Positions 43,856 through 54,088 of a stretch of DNA of 64,000 bases are shown here, in pieces (position 1 is the first letter of the stretch; each line of letters opens with the position of its first letter). Source of the DNA: an uncultured Actinomycetes bacterium. GTDB lineage: Bacteria > Actinomycetota > Thermoleophilia > Gaiellales > JAICJC01. The notes under the pieces are model-generated. The model saw only the letters and a list, made by a program, of their open reading frames with translations, ran no database searches and was not told the DNA's origin. The position numbers and the translations under genes are program-made. The stretch covers positions 66,023 to 130,022 of the forward strand of contig CAWEYE010000003.1 of NCBI GenBank assembly GCA_963813245.1. The letters run 5' to 3'.

Positions 43856-44218
43856 TGCCCACCGAGCGCATGCGGCGGGTGAACATGGTGCTGCGCGAGG
43901 TGCTGGCCGAGGGCGTCGAGGCGCTCGAGGACCCCGGGCTCGGCTTCGTCACGATCACGGCCGTGCGGGCCGCGTCGGACCTGTCACAGGCGTCGGTGTA
44001 CGTGAGCGTGCTCGGCTCGGAGAAGCGCCGGGCGCGGTCTCTGCGGGCGCTCGATCGGGCGCACGGGGTGCTGCAGTCCCGCATCGCCCGCGAGCTCCAC
44101 TTCAAGCGCACTCCGCAGCTTTCCTTCCACTATGATGAGACCATCGACCAGGCGATGCGGCTCGAGGAGCTGATCAGCCGTGAACAGGAGCCGCCGGTCG
44201 AGGCTCAGCCCGGAATGA
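43855..44218 (+). CDS. rbfA: Ribosome-binding factor A (reads in-frame into the next gene as sequenced)
   Basis: RMRRVN, DPGLGFVTIT.V..SDLS.A.VYVS, KRTPQLSFHYD. Confidence 0.92.
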
Positions 44219-45234
44219 CCGACATCGCACTCGAAACCGACCTGGCGTCCGTGGTCGCCGCTCTCGCTGCGGCAGACCGCGTCCTCATCGCCACCCACGA
44301 GAACCCGGACGGCGACGCCATCGGGTCGATGACGGCAGCGGCGGCGGCGATCCGGCAGCTCGGCAAGGAGGTGCGCACCTACCTCGAGCCCGAGTCGAGC
44401 ATCCCGCACGAGGTCGCGTTCCTGGACACCGACGGCGTCGAGCGGCACGTCGATCCGGCCACGCTCGCCGGCTGGACGCTGCTTGCCCTCGACTGCGGCA
44501 ACGAGCGCCGGATGGGGGCGCAGTACACCGACCTGCTCGCCGGCTGCTCGCCCGTGATCGACGTCGACCATCACCACGACAACAGCCGCTTCGGCAGCGC
44601 CAACCTGATCGACGGCAGCGCGTCGTCGACGGCAGAGATCCTGGTGCGGATCTTCGACCGGCTCGGCGCCGAGATCACGCCGGCGATCGCTGAGGCCCTG
44701 TACGTCGGCCTCGTCACCGACACCGGGCGCTTCCAGTACCGCACCACGAGCCCCGCGGCGTTGCGCCTGGGCGCGCGCCTGGTCGAGGCCGGCGTCGACG
44801 TGCACAAGGTGTTCGAGCGCGTGTTCGAGAGCGTCCAGCCGGGCAAGCTGAAGCTGCTCGGCAGGGTGATCGACCATGCCGTCTCCTACTGCGACGGGCG
44901 CCTCCTGATCTCGCATGTGACCCGTGACGACCTGGCGCTCGTCGAAGGCGACGAGGCCACGACCGAGGGCCTGATCGACAATCTCCGCGCCGTCGAGGGC
45001 GTGCAGGTGGCGGGCCTCATCCGCGAGCAGGTCCCGCTGGGCGACGGCACGCTCGCCCCCAACCGCGTGTCGCTGCGGTCGCGCGGCCTGATCGACGTCT
45101 CGGCCATCGCCCGGCTCTCGTCGGGCGGCGGGCACAAGCAGGCCGCCGGGTTCTCCCATCCGGGCAGCGTCGACGACATCCGCCGGTTCATCGTGTCGGA
45201 GGTCAGCGCACAGCTCGCCGAGTCCGCCGCGTAG
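44215..45234 (+). CDS. nrnA: DHH-family oligoribonuclease / pAp phosphatase (NrnA-like)
   Basis: HENPDGDAIGS, LDCG, IDVDHH, TDTGRF, SLRS, GGGHKQAAG. Confidence 0.9.
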   Translation: MTDIALETDLASVVAALAAADRVLIATHENPDGDAIGSMTAAAAAIRQLGKEVRTYLEPESSIPHEVAFLDTDGVERHVDPATLAGWTLLALDCGNERRMGAQYTDLLAGCSPVIDVDHHHDNSRFGSANLIDGSASSTAEILVRIFDRLGAEITPAIAEALYVGLVTDTGRFQYRTTSPAALRLGARLVEAGVDVHKVFERVFESVQPGKLKLLGRVIDHAVSYCDGRLLISHVTRDDLALVEGDEATTEGLIDNLRAVEGVQVAGLIREQVPLGDGTLAPNRVSLRSRGLIDVSAIARLSSGGGHKQAAGFSHPGSVDDIRRFIVSEVSAQLAESAA

Positions 45235-45248
45235 CGGCGGGAGCACCA

Positions 45249-46103
45249 GTGCCCGAGGTCACCGGCCTCCTTCTGGTAGACAAGCCCTCCGGGCCCTCGT
45301 CGTTCGCGGTGCTGCGGGGGCTGCGCCCGGCGCTCGGGCGCAAGCTCGGCCACGCGGGCACGCTCGACCCCTTCGCGACCGGCCTCCTGCTCGTCGTCGC
45401 CGGCCGGGCGACGCGGCTTGCGACCTACCTGTCGGGGGTGGACAAGGCCTACGCGGCGGTGGTGCAGTTCGGCGCCGTCTCGACGACGCTCGACCCCGAG
45501 GGCGAGATCACGACAGGCGGGGCGCAGACCGACGCGGCCGCAGTGACCGCCGCGGCCGCGGCGCTCGTCGGCGAGGTCGAGCAGGCGGTGCCCGCGGCCT
45601 CCGCGGTCAAGGTCGACGGCGAGCGGTCATACGCGCGCATGCGCCGTGGCGAGGCCGTCGCGCCGCCGCCGCGGCGGGTGACGATCCACCGGCTCGACGT
45701 CGAGCGGTTCGACCCGGCGACGCAGCGCGCCACCATCGCGGTCGAGTGCTCGAAGGGCACCTACATCCGCCAGATCGCCGCCGACCTCGGCAGCGCCACC
45801 GGCGCCGGGGCGTACTGCGCCGAGCTGCGCCGCACGCATGTGGGCGGGTTCTCGGTGGCCCACGCGGGCACGCCGGACGCTGTCCGCGCCGACCCGTACG
45901 GCAGCTGGTACCGCTCCGCCGCCGACGCGCTGCCGCATCTGCCCGCCCGCGATCTGGACGACTCCGAGCAGCTCGACATCGCCCACGGCCGCGCGCTTCC
46001 GCGCCACGGCGAGGACGGCGTCACCCGTCTGCTCGCCGGCGGCGAGCTGCGCGCGGTGGCGGAGCCGCGCGGCGAGCGCCTGCAGCCGGTGGTGGTGCTG
46101 TGA
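45249..46103 (+). CDS. truB: tRNA pseudouridine(55) synthase
   Basis: VDKPSG.SS, GHAGTLDPFATG, SAVKVDG, CSKGTYIR, LRRT. Confidence 0.95.
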   Translation: MPEVTGLLLVDKPSGPSSFAVLRGLRPALGRKLGHAGTLDPFATGLLLVVAGRATRLATYLSGVDKAYAAVVQFGAVSTTLDPEGEITTGGAQTDAAAVTAAAAALVGEVEQAVPAASAVKVDGERSYARMRRGEAVAPPPRRVTIHRLDVERFDPATQRATIAVECSKGTYIRQIAADLGSATGAGAYCAELRRTHVGGFSVAHAGTPDAVRADPYGSWYRSAADALPHLPARDLDDSEQLDIAHGRALPRHGEDGVTRLLAGGELRAVAEPRGERLQPVVVL

Positions 46104-47023
46104 TCGTCCGCCAGAACCTGGCCGACGTGCCGGCGGGCGAGCGGGCCGTCGCGCTCGGCAGCTTCGACGGCGTCCACCTCGGCCATCGCGCCGTGATCGG
46201 CGCCGCCGTCGCCACGGCGGCGCAGCGCGGCCTGAAGTCGGCCGTGATCACCTTCCATCCGCCGCCGATCGCCGTCCTGCGGCCGCAGGTGCAGCTCGTG
46301 CAGCTCTCGGCGCTCAGCCGCCGCGCGGCGCTGATCGCGGAGCTCGGCGCCGACGAGCTCGTGATCGTGCGCTTCGACCGCGAGTTCGCCGCGCTCGACG
46401 CCGACGCGTTTGCGACCCGCGTGCTGGCGGGGGCGCTGGGGGCGCGGCACGTGAGCGTGGGGGCGAACTTCCACTACGGCCAGGGCGCCCGCGGCAACCC
46501 CGAGAAGCTGGGGGAGGAGGGAGCCCGGCTCGGCTTCGACGTGCACGTCGAGCCCCTGCTCGAGGTCGACGGCGCGCCGGTCTCCTCGTCGCGCGTGCGC
46601 GAGCTGATCGCGACCGGCGCGGTCGAGAAGGCGGGCGCGCTCCTGGGCCGGCCGCCGTGGGTCGAGGGCGCGGTCGTCCACGGCGAGGCCCGCGGCCGCG
46701 ACCTGGGGTTCCCGACGGCCAACCTGGCGCTCGTCCCGCGCTCGGCGATCCCGGCCGTCGGCGTGTACGCCGGTACGGCCCACCTGCCCGGATCGAGCCA
46801 CGTGGCCGCGATCAACATCGGCTACAACCCGACGTTCACCGACGACCGCAGCGCGGTGCGCGTCGAGGCCTACCTGCTCGACTTCGACGGCGACATCTAC
46901 GGCTCCCCGATCCGGCTCGACCTGGCCCACCGGCTGCGCGACGAGGTCCGCTACGACTCGGTCGACGCCCTGCTCGAGCAGCTGCGCCGCGACGTGGAAG
47001 CGGCCCGCTCGCTGGCTGAATGA
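46100..47023 (+). CDS. ribF: Riboflavin kinase / FAD synthetase
   Basis: GSFDGVHLGH, VSSSRVR, GRDLGFPTAN, NIGYNPT, EAYLLDF, LRDE. Confidence 0.95.
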   Translation: MIVRQNLADVPAGERAVALGSFDGVHLGHRAVIGAAVATAAQRGLKSAVITFHPPPIAVLRPQVQLVQLSALSRRAALIAELGADELVIVRFDREFAALDADAFATRVLAGALGARHVSVGANFHYGQGARGNPEKLGEEGARLGFDVHVEPLLEVDGAPVSSSRVRELIATGAVEKAGALLGRPPWVEGAVVHGEARGRDLGFPTANLALVPRSAIPAVGVYAGTAHLPGSSHVAAINIGYNPTFTDDRSAVRVEAYLLDFDGDIYGSPIRLDLAHRLRDEVRYDSVDALLEQLRRDVEAARSLAE

Positions 47024-47048
47024 CGGCCCGACAGGTCCCAGGCACCTC

Positions 47049-47693
47049 TCAAACCGGCGTCCAGGCGATCACGTCCATGCCGTCCCACCACCACGGCTGG
47101 CCGGCGGCCCGCCCGGCGATCCGCAGCCGCAGCTCGGCGTTCGCATGCGCCGCGAGGAACGCGTCGGTGGCAACGCGCACCTTCTCCCATTCCGCATCGT
47201 CGACGACGATCAGGGCGTTCGGCGCGAGCAGCCCCGTGACCGCCTCGAGGGCCGCCCGCGTCGCCTCCGTCGAGTGGTCCGCGTCGTAGAAGAACACGCC
47301 GACGGGCGGGATCGCCTCGTCGCGCAAGGCGGTGACCGTGTCACCGTGGATCACCCGCACGCGGTCGCCGACGCCGAAGCGGTCGATGTTGCGGGCAAGG
47401 CCCTCCGGATCGGAGTCCTCGAACGAGAAGTTGTCGATCCCGATGCACATCGCGTCGGTCGACCCGACGGCCGCGCCGATCAGGCTGCGGCCCCGGTACG
47501 TGCCCGCCTCCAGGTAGCACTCGCCGGGCTCGAGGTGGCGGGCCGCCAGCGCCAGGAGCGCCAGGTTGTTCTCCTCCGACAGCCCCTCGACCGCCTCGCA
47601 CACCGGCCGCAGCGAGCGGTCGAGCGGGATGTCGGAGCGGGGGAAGTCGGCGAAGAGCGCCGGCAGGTCGCGCAGGAACCCCTCGCTGTCCAC
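47049..47693 (-). CDS. Class I SAM-dependent methyltransferase (Methyltransf_24-like)
   Basis: YLEAGTYRGRS, GIDNF, FFYDADH, IVVDD. Confidence 0.8.
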   Translation of the reverse strand: MDSEGFLRDLPALFADFPRSDIPLDRSLRPVCEAVEGLSEENNLALLALAARHLEPGECYLEAGTYRGRSLIGAAVGSTDAMCIGIDNFSFEDSDPEGLARNIDRFGVGDRVRVIHGDTVTALRDEAIPPVGVFFYDADHSTEATRAALEAVTGLLAPNALIVVDDAEWEKVRVATDAFLAAHANAELRLRIAGRAAGQPWWWDGMDVIAWTPV

Positions 47694-47701
47694 CGCGTCG
47701 C

Positions 47702-48652
47702 CTACGCCGGGACGGGGGTGCGGCCGAGGCTCTCGATGGTGCGCCGCAGACCCTCGTCGAGCGACACCTTCGGCTCCCATCCCAGCACCTCGCGGGCCCG
47801 GGTGATGTCGGGCTTGCGCACCTTGGGGTCGTCGATCGGCAGGCCCTCGAACACGATCTCGGAGCGGGCCGCGGTCAGCTGGACGATCTTCTCGGCCAGC
47901 TCGAGCAGCGTCATCTCGTCGGGGTTGCCGACGTTCACGGGCTGGTGGTAGTCGCTCGTCGCCAGCCGGAAGAGGCCCTCGATCAGGTCGTCGACGTAGC
48001 AGAACGAGCGTGTCTGGCTGCCGTCGCCGAACACCGTGATCGGCTTCTCCTCGAGCGCCTGGCGCAGGAAGGTCGGGATCGCGCGGCCGTCGTGCTGGCG
48101 CATCCGCGGCCCGTAGGTATTGAAGATGCGCGCGATGTGAGTGTCGACGCCCTGCTGGCGGTGGTAGGCCATCGTCATCGCCTCGGAGTAGCGCTTGGCC
48201 TCGTCGTACACGCCCCGCGGGCCGACCGGGTTCACGTTGCCCCAGTACTCCTCGCGCTGGGGGTGCACCTCGGGGTCGCCGTAGACCTCCGACGTCGAGG
48301 CGATCAGGAACCGGGCCCGCTTGAACTTGGCCAGGCCGAGCGCGTTGTGGGTGCCGTACGAGCCCACCTTGAGCGTCGCCAGCGGCAGCCGCAGGTAGTC
48401 GACCGGGCTGGCCGGCGAAGCCAGGTGGAAGACGATGTCGACCGGCTCGTCGACGCGGATGAACTCGACGCAGTTGTGGTAGCGGAAGTCGAACTGGCCG
48501 CCGCGCAGGCGCTCGATGTTCTCGAGGCTGCCGGTGTCGAGGTTGTCGAGGCAGATCACCCGCCAGTCGCGGTCGAGCAGGTACTCGCACAGGTGCGAAC
48601 CCAGGAATCCGGCGCCGCCGGTGACGACTGCAGTGCTCAAGTGATCCTCCAT
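47702..48652 (-). CDS. UDP-glucuronate decarboxylase-like NAD-dependent epimerase/dehydratase
   Basis: [55 protein letters not shown]. Confidence 0.92.
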   Translation of the reverse strand: MEDHLSTAVVTGGAGFLGSHLCEYLLDRDWRVICLDNLDTGSLENIERLRGGQFDFRYHNCVEFIRVDEPVDIVFHLASPASPVDYLRLPLATLKVGSYGTHNALGLAKFKRARFLIASTSEVYGDPEVHPQREEYWGNVNPVGPRGVYDEAKRYSEAMTMAYHRQQGVDTHIARIFNTYGPRMRQHDGRAIPTFLRQALEEKPITVFGDGSQTRSFCYVDDLIEGLFRLATSDYHQPVNVGNPDEMTLLELAEKIVQLTAARSEIVFEGLPIDDPKVRKPDITRAREVLGWEPKVSLDEGLRRTIESLGRTPVPA

Positions 48653-48831
48653 GGAGGGGTGGTGGCGATGGCGCAGTCTACGGACTGGCCCCGTGCGGCG
48701 GGGACAGTCCCCGGGCGGCGCAGAGCCGCTCTGCTACCCTGCCCCCGGCCGCACCGCGGAGCTGGCGAAGCTTGCCGACGCAGCTCTGGGATGCCGGCGA
48801 CTGGATGAAAACGAGGCAAGGAGGTGTGAGC

Positions 48832-49101
48832 ATGCCGCTCACACAGGCACAGAAGACGGAGCTGATCGGCAAGTTCGGGGCAAGCCAGGCCGACACCGGC
48901 TCGACGAAGGTGCAGATCGCCCTGCTCACGCAGCGGATCAGCGAGCTCACCGAACACATGAAGATCCACAAGCACGACCACCACTCACGCCGCGGCCTGC
49001 TCAAGCTGGTCGGCCGGCGGCGCCGGTTGCTGACCTACATGCAGAAGCACGACCTGGAGGGCTACCGCGCGTTGATCAAGGAGCTGGGCCTGCGCCGGTA
49101 A
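48832..49101 (+). CDS. rpsO: 30S ribosomal protein S15
   Basis: [45 protein letters not shown]. Confidence 0.97.
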   Translation: MPLTQAQKTELIGKFGASQADTGSTKVQIALLTQRISELTEHMKIHKHDHHSRRGLLKLVGRRRRLLTYMQKHDLEGYRALIKELGLRR

Positions 49102-49166
49102 GGGCGCACGACCAGGCAAGCGGATGGCCCGCGATTGGCGCGGGCCCGAGGAGAGAAGAGAGAGAT

Positions 49167-51632
49167 ATGAGCATTGCAGTTGAGGCCGGGGCGACGCGTC
49201 TTGCCGCCACTATCGGCGACAAGGAGATCAGCTTCGAGACCGGCGCCGTCGCCAAGCAGGCGCACGGCGCGGTGCTGGTGCAGCAGGAAGGCACCGTGGT
49301 GCTGGCCACCGCGGTCGGCCGCACAGAGGGTCGTGAGGGGGCGGACTTCTTCCCGCTCACGGTCGACGTCGAGGAGAAGGCCTACGCGGCCGGCAAGATC
49401 CCTGGCGGGTTCTTCAAGCGCGAGGGCCGCGCCGGCGAGAAGGCGATCCTGACCGCCCGCATGGTCGACCGGCCCATCCGACCGCTGTGGCCGAAGGGGT
49501 ACAAGAACGAGGTCCAGGTCATCGTGACCACGTTCTCGGCCGACCAGGTGCACCCGCACGACATCCTGGCCATCAACGGCTCGTCGGCCGCGCTGATGCT
49601 CTCGCCGATGCCGTTTCTCGGCCCGGTGGGAGCGGTGCGGATCGGCCGCATCGACGGTCAGCTCGTCGTCAACCCGACGTTGCCCGACCTGAAGGACTCG
49701 ACGCTCGACCTGATCGTCTGCGGCAGCCCCGAGGCCATCACGATGGTCGAGGCCGGCGCGCAGGAGATCGGCGAGGAGGACCTGATCACGGCGCTCGAGC
49801 TCGCCCACGGCGAGATCAAGAAGCTGTGCCAGCTCCAGATCGAGCTCGCGGCGAAGGCCGGCATGCCGAAGTGGGTCGACGGCGCCGTCACCGAGTCGCT
49901 GCGAACGACGCACGGCGCTGCGCTCGCGGCCGCGGTCGCCGAGGGCGGCCTCGCCGCGCTGCCGGGCAAGATCGACGCGATCCAGCGGGCGGAGCTGCCC
50001 GAGATCGGCGGCAACTCGACCGACGCGGACGTGCTTCAGCGCCAGCGCGTCCAGTTCGGGTTCGTCCAGCTCGGCACCGAGGTGCGCGAGGGGGCGGTCT
50101 ACCCGCACGTGAAGGAGCAGTTCGGCGACGCGATCCGCGCGCTGACCGACGCCGAGCAGGACTCGAAGGAGCTCAAGTCGGCCAAGCGGCACGCTTTGTA
50201 TGACCACATCGCCGCGACGATCCGGCTGCCGTTCCCGAGCCGCGCCGACAGCGACGGCGACGGCCAGGGGCCGCTCGACGCCGCCACCCGGCCCGTTGTG
50301 CTCGGTGTGTGCGACAAGCTCTACAAGGAGATCGTGCGCACGAAGATCGCGGTCGACAAGCGCCGGCCCGACGGGCGCTCCGAGACCGAGATCAGGGCGA
50401 TCACCTCGTCGGTGAGCGTGATGCCGCGCACGCACGGCTCGGCGCTCTTCACCCGCGGCCAGACCCAGGCGCTCACGCTGTGCACGCTCGGAACGGCCAA
50501 GGAGGAGCAGCGCATCGACGACCTGTCGCTCGATGAAACCAAGCGCTACATCCACCACTACAACTTCCCGCCGTTCAGCGTCGGCGAGACCGGCTTCATG
50601 CGCGGCCCGAAGCGGCGCGACATCGGTCACGGCGCGCTGGCCGAGCGGGCGCTCGTGCCCGTCATCCCGAGCGCCGTCGACTTCCCCTACACGCTGCGTC
50701 TGGTGTCGGAGATCCTGGAGTCGAACGGCTCCTCGTCGATGGCGTCGGTGTGCGGCTCGACCCTCTCGCTGATGGACGCGGGCGTCCCGATCAAGGCCCC
50801 TGTGGCCGGCATCGCGATGGGCCTGATCAAGGAGGGCGACGACTACGTCATCCTGACCGACATCCAGGGAGCCGAGGATCATCTCGGCGACATGGACTTC
50901 AAGGTCGCGGGCACTGACGCGGGCGTGACCGCACTGCAGATGGACATCAAGATCACGGGGGTCACGACCGAGATCCTGAGAAGCGCGCTCAGCCAGGCCC
51001 GTGACGCCCGGATCCACATCCTGGGCAAGATGCGCGAGGCCATCGCCGAGCCGCGGACGGAGCTCGCGGCGCATGCGCCGCGGATCGTGAGCACGAAGAT
51101 CCACCCCGACTTCATCGGCATGGTGATCGGCAAGGGTGGCGAGACGATCCGGGGCCTCGAGGCCGACTACGAGGTGCAGATCGACATCGAAGAGGATGGC
51201 ACGATCCGCATCTACGGCACAAACGGCGAGCTCGCCGAGCAGTGCCGGCTCGCCATCGAGGCGATGACGAAGGAGGTCGAGGTCGGCGACGAGTACACCG
51301 GCAAGGTGGTCAAGATCACCGACTTCGGCGCATTCGTCGAGCTGCGCAAGGGCGTGGACGGGCTGCTGCATGTGAGCCGGATCCTGCCGCGTGGCAACCG
51401 GCTGCAGTCGGCCGCCCAGGTGATCGACCGCGGCGACACGGTCAAGGTGACCGTCGCCGAGGTGGACAAGGACAAGGGCCGGATCGGCCTGACGCTCCTG
51501 GCCAAGCTCGAGGGCGACACCGAGATCACGCCCGAGCAGCTCGTCGAGGTGGCGGAGCGCACGCCGGCGCCGCCCCGCGAGGAGCGGCCGCCCAGGCGTG
51601 GCGGCGACCGCGGCGGCCCGCGCCGCCGCTAG
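49167..51632 (+). CDS. pnp: Polyribonucleotide nucleotidyltransferase (821 aa)
   Basis: FFPLTVD, KIPGGFFKRE, HGSALFTRGQTQ, ESNGSSSMASVC, EDHLGDMDFKVAG, KH and S1 domains. Confidence 0.97.
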   Translation: MSIAVEAGATRLAATIGDKEISFETGAVAKQAHGAVLVQQEGTVVLATAVGRTEGREGADFFPLTVDVEEKAYAAGKIPGGFFKREGRAGEKAILTARMVDRPIRPLWPKGYKNEVQVIVTTFSADQVHPHDILAINGSSAALMLSPMPFLGPVGAVRIGRIDGQLVVNPTLPDLKDSTLDLIVCGSPEAITMVEAGAQEIGEEDLITALELAHGEIKKLCQLQIELAAKAGMPKWVDGAVTESLRTTHGAALAAAVAEGGLAALPGKIDAIQRAELPEIGGNSTDADVLQRQRVQFGFVQLGTEVREGAVYPHVKEQFGDAIRALTDAEQDSKELKSAKRHALYDHIAATIRLPFPSRADSDGDGQGPLDAATRPVVLGVCDKLYKEIVRTKIAVDKRRPDGRSETEIRAITSSVSVMPRTHGSALFTRGQTQALTLCTLGTAKEEQRIDDLSLDETKRYIHHYNFPPFSVGETGFMRGPKRRDIGHGALAERALVPVIPSAVDFPYTLRLVSEILESNGSSSMASVCGSTLSLMDAGVPIKAPVAGIAMGLIKEGDDYVILTDIQGAEDHLGDMDFKVAGTDAGVTALQMDIKITGVTTEILRSALSQARDARIHILGKMREAIAEPRTELAAHAPRIVSTKIHPDFIGMVIGKGGETIRGLEADYEVQIDIEEDGTIRIYGTNGELAEQCRLAIEAMTKEVEVGDEYTGKVVKITDFGAFVELRKGVDGLLHVSRILPRGNRLQSAAQVIDRGDTVKVTVAEVDKDKGRIGLTLLAKLEGDTEITPEQLVEVAERTPAPPREERPPRRGGDRGGPRRR

Positions 51633-51639
51633 GAACGCG

Positions 51640-51673
51640 GCTGGAGGGGGCGGCGCATGCCGCCCCCTCCAGC
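51640..51673 (+). terminator. 15-bp hairpin after pnp
   Basis: GCTGGAGGGGGCGGC-GCAT-GCCGCCCCCTCCAGC. Confidence 0.7.
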
Positions 51674-51689
51674 GCTAGCCTGAACCGCC

Positions 51690-53045
51690 GTGCAGCGCTA
51701 CACCATCACCACCCTCGACGGAGGGGAGCGGGTCGTCTCGGAGCGGGTCTCGTCCGTGCGATCCGTCGCGATCGGCATCTGGATCGGAGCGGGCTCGCGC
51801 GACGAGACCCCCGATCAGGCCGGCATGTCGCACCTGATCGAGCACCTGCTGTTCAAGGGCTCGGCGCGGTACACGACCGTCGAGATCGCCCAGATCTTCG
51901 ACGGCCTGGGCGGTGAGCTGAACGCGGCCACGTCCCGCGAGTACACCGTCGTCTACGCGCGCGTCCTCGACGCGCACCTGGAGACGGCGCTCGACGTGAT
52001 GGCCGACATGGTGCTGCAGCCGCAGTTCGACGCCGGCGAGATGAGCTCGGAGCGCGACGTCGTGCTGGAGGAGATCGCCATGTACGACGACACCCCCCAG
52101 GACCTCGTGCACGACCTGATCGCCCAGGCGGTCTTCGGCGACCATCCGCTGGGACGGCCGGTGATCGGCACCGAGAGCGTCATCTCGAGCGCGACGCCCA
52201 CGGCAGTCCGCGGCTACCACGACGCCCGCTACGTCGGCCCGAACATCGTCGTCGCCGCTGCCGGCAACCTCGACCACGAGCCGCTCGCGCACATGGTCGA
52301 GACACGCTTTGCACCGCTCACCCGCATCCCCGACCCGACCGCCGGAGTGCGGCCGGTGTGGATGGGGGAGGCGCGGCCGCGGTCGCTCTTCCAGACGAAG
52401 GACACCGAGCAGTTCCACGTGACGCTCGGCGGGCTCGGGCTGCCGCGCTCCGACCGGCGCCGGTTCGCGGCCTCGCTGCTCGACTCGATGCTCGGCGGCT
52501 CGGCCTCGTCGCGGCTGTTCCAGGAGATCCGCGAACGGCGCGGGATGGCCTACTCGGTCTACACCTACGCCTCCCAGCACGCGGACACCGGGATGGTCGG
52601 CGTCTACCTGGGCACGCGCGAGGACAACCTCGCCGAGTGCCTGCGCATCGTCGCCGAGCAGTTCCGGCTGATGGGCGAGGGCCGCTTCGACCCGGCCGAG
52701 CTCCAGCGGGCGAAGGAGAATTTGAAGGGCCGGATCATGCTCGCGATGGAGTCGACCTCCAACCGCGCCAGCCGGCTCGGCAAGTCGGTGCTGACCGATA
52801 CCGAGCTCCTGTCGCTCGACCGCATCTGCGCCGAGATCGACGCGGTCGACCCCGAGGCGGTCGCAGCCCTCGCGCGTCAGCTGTTCGCGCCCGAGCGGCT
52901 CTCGGCGGCCGGCATCGGCCCCGACCAGGAGCGCTTCTCAGAGGCGCTGCACGCGCTCAACCCCGCACTGGCCGAGACCGAGGCGCCTACCGTCGCAGCC
53001 GGTCGGCCAGGACGACGTGGATCGGCCGGCGGCCCGGCGGCGTGA
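51690..53045 (+). CDS. M16 family zinc peptidase
   Basis: GSRDE, HLIEH inverted zinc motif, LNAATSRE, SSRLFQEIRE..GMAYSV. Confidence 0.92.
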   Translation: MQRYTITTLDGGERVVSERVSSVRSVAIGIWIGAGSRDETPDQAGMSHLIEHLLFKGSARYTTVEIAQIFDGLGGELNAATSREYTVVYARVLDAHLETALDVMADMVLQPQFDAGEMSSERDVVLEEIAMYDDTPQDLVHDLIAQAVFGDHPLGRPVIGTESVISSATPTAVRGYHDARYVGPNIVVAAAGNLDHEPLAHMVETRFAPLTRIPDPTAGVRPVWMGEARPRSLFQTKDTEQFHVTLGGLGLPRSDRRRFAASLLDSMLGGSASSRLFQEIRERRGMAYSVYTYASQHADTGMVGVYLGTREDNLAECLRIVAEQFRLMGEGRFDPAELQRAKENLKGRIMLAMESTSNRASRLGKSVLTDTELLSLDRICAEIDAVDPEAVAALARQLFAPERLSAAGIGPDQERFSEALHALNPALAETEAPTVAAGRPGRRGSAGGPAA

Positions 53046-53064
53046 CGGCGAGCCCGCGCCGACC

Positions 53065-53160
53065 TCAGAGATAGAGCACCCGCCGCTTGGCGGCCTCGAA
53101 CTCGACCTCGGTCAGAACGCCGGAATTGCGGAGGCCGACGAGCTTCTTTTGTTGCCGGTG
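53065..53160 (-). pseudogene. SHOCT-domain C-terminal remnant
   Basis: KKLVGLRNSGVLTEVEFEAAKRRVL* with no intact upstream ORF. Confidence 0.55.
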
Positions 53161-53254
53161 TCGATGAGGTCGACGCCGAAGATCTCAGGCTGGTCACTCA
53201 CGCTCGAGCCGTGGTCTACGAACACGAGTCGCAAGGCAAGCGGCATAGGCGCGG

Positions 53255-53407
53255 CCGACATCGAGCGCGTGCTCGGCCCATGACGATGCTCGGACACGCC
53301 CGCGGCTCGATCAGTTGGCCGAGACCGCAGCCTTCCTCGCGTCCGACCGGGCGGGCGGGATCACCGGGACGACCGTGAACGTCACCTGCGGGCTGGTCCC
53401 CGGCTGA
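53255..53407 (+). pseudogene. Short-chain dehydrogenase C-terminal remnant
   Basis: MTMLGH..RLDQLAETAAFLASDRAGGITGTTVNVTCG across frameshifts. Confidence 0.65.
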
Positions 53408-53422
53408 CCTGTAGCATCGTCC

Positions 53423-54088
53423 GTGATGCTGCGGGTCGTGATCTCTGGCGCGACGGGGGCGGTAGGGCGCGCGCTCGTGCCGGCCGTCGAGGCCGAGCCT
53501 GACCTCGAGGTGGCCGCGCTGGTCGCGCCGTCGCTTGGCCGCACCCTCGCCCAGGCGCTCGCCGGCGGCGCCGACGTCGCGGTCGACTTCTCCGTCCCAG
53601 GGGCCGCGGGCGCGGCCTGCGAGGCCGCCATCGCCGCCCGCGTACCCCTTGTGCTGGGGACGACCGGGCTCACGCCGGCCGAGCTTCGGGCGTTCGGCGA
53701 ACGCGCGGCCGCAGCGGGGATCGCCATCTTCCAGGCGCCGAACTTCGCCATCGGCGCCGTGCTAATGATGCGGTTCGCCGAGCAGGCCCGGGCGTACATG
53801 GACGCCGCCGAGATCATCGAGCTGCACGCCGACACCAAGAAGGACGCCCCCTCCGGCACCGCGCTTATGACCGCGGCCCGCATGGGCGGCGACGTCCCCA
53901 TCCACAGCGTCCGCCTCCCGGGCATCGTCGCCAACCAGGAAGTGATCCTCGGAGCGCTCGGACAGACGCTCACCCTGCGCCACGACACGACCTCGCGCGA
54001 TGCGTTCGTGCCGGGCGTCCTGCTCGCCGTACGCCGCATCCGCGAGCTGCCCTCCGGCCTCACGAGCGGCCTCGAGGCGCTGCTGTGA
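53423..54088 (+). CDS. dapB: 4-hydroxy-tetrahydrodipicolinate reductase
   Basis: GATGAVG, VDFS, GTTG, APNFAIG, IIELH...KKDAPSGTA, HSVRLPG. Confidence 0.93.
   Translation: MMLRVVISGATGAVGRALVPAVEAEPDLEVAALVAPSLGRTLAQALAGGADVAVDFSVPGAAGAACEAAIAARVPLVLGTTGLTPAELRAFGERAAAAGIAIFQAPNFAIGAVLMMRFAEQARAYMDAAEIIELHADTKKDAPSGTALMTAARMGGDVPIHSVRLPGIVANQEVILGALGQTLTLRHDTTSRDAFVPGVLLAVRRIRELPSGLTSGLEALL

Noticed and set aside
43855..45234. Apparent RbfA-NrnA fusion protein
   Set aside because: Deleting one C from CCC at 44209-44211 gives GAA TGA with a canonical ATGA overlap and an upstream GAGG; this matches the window-wide +1 error pattern
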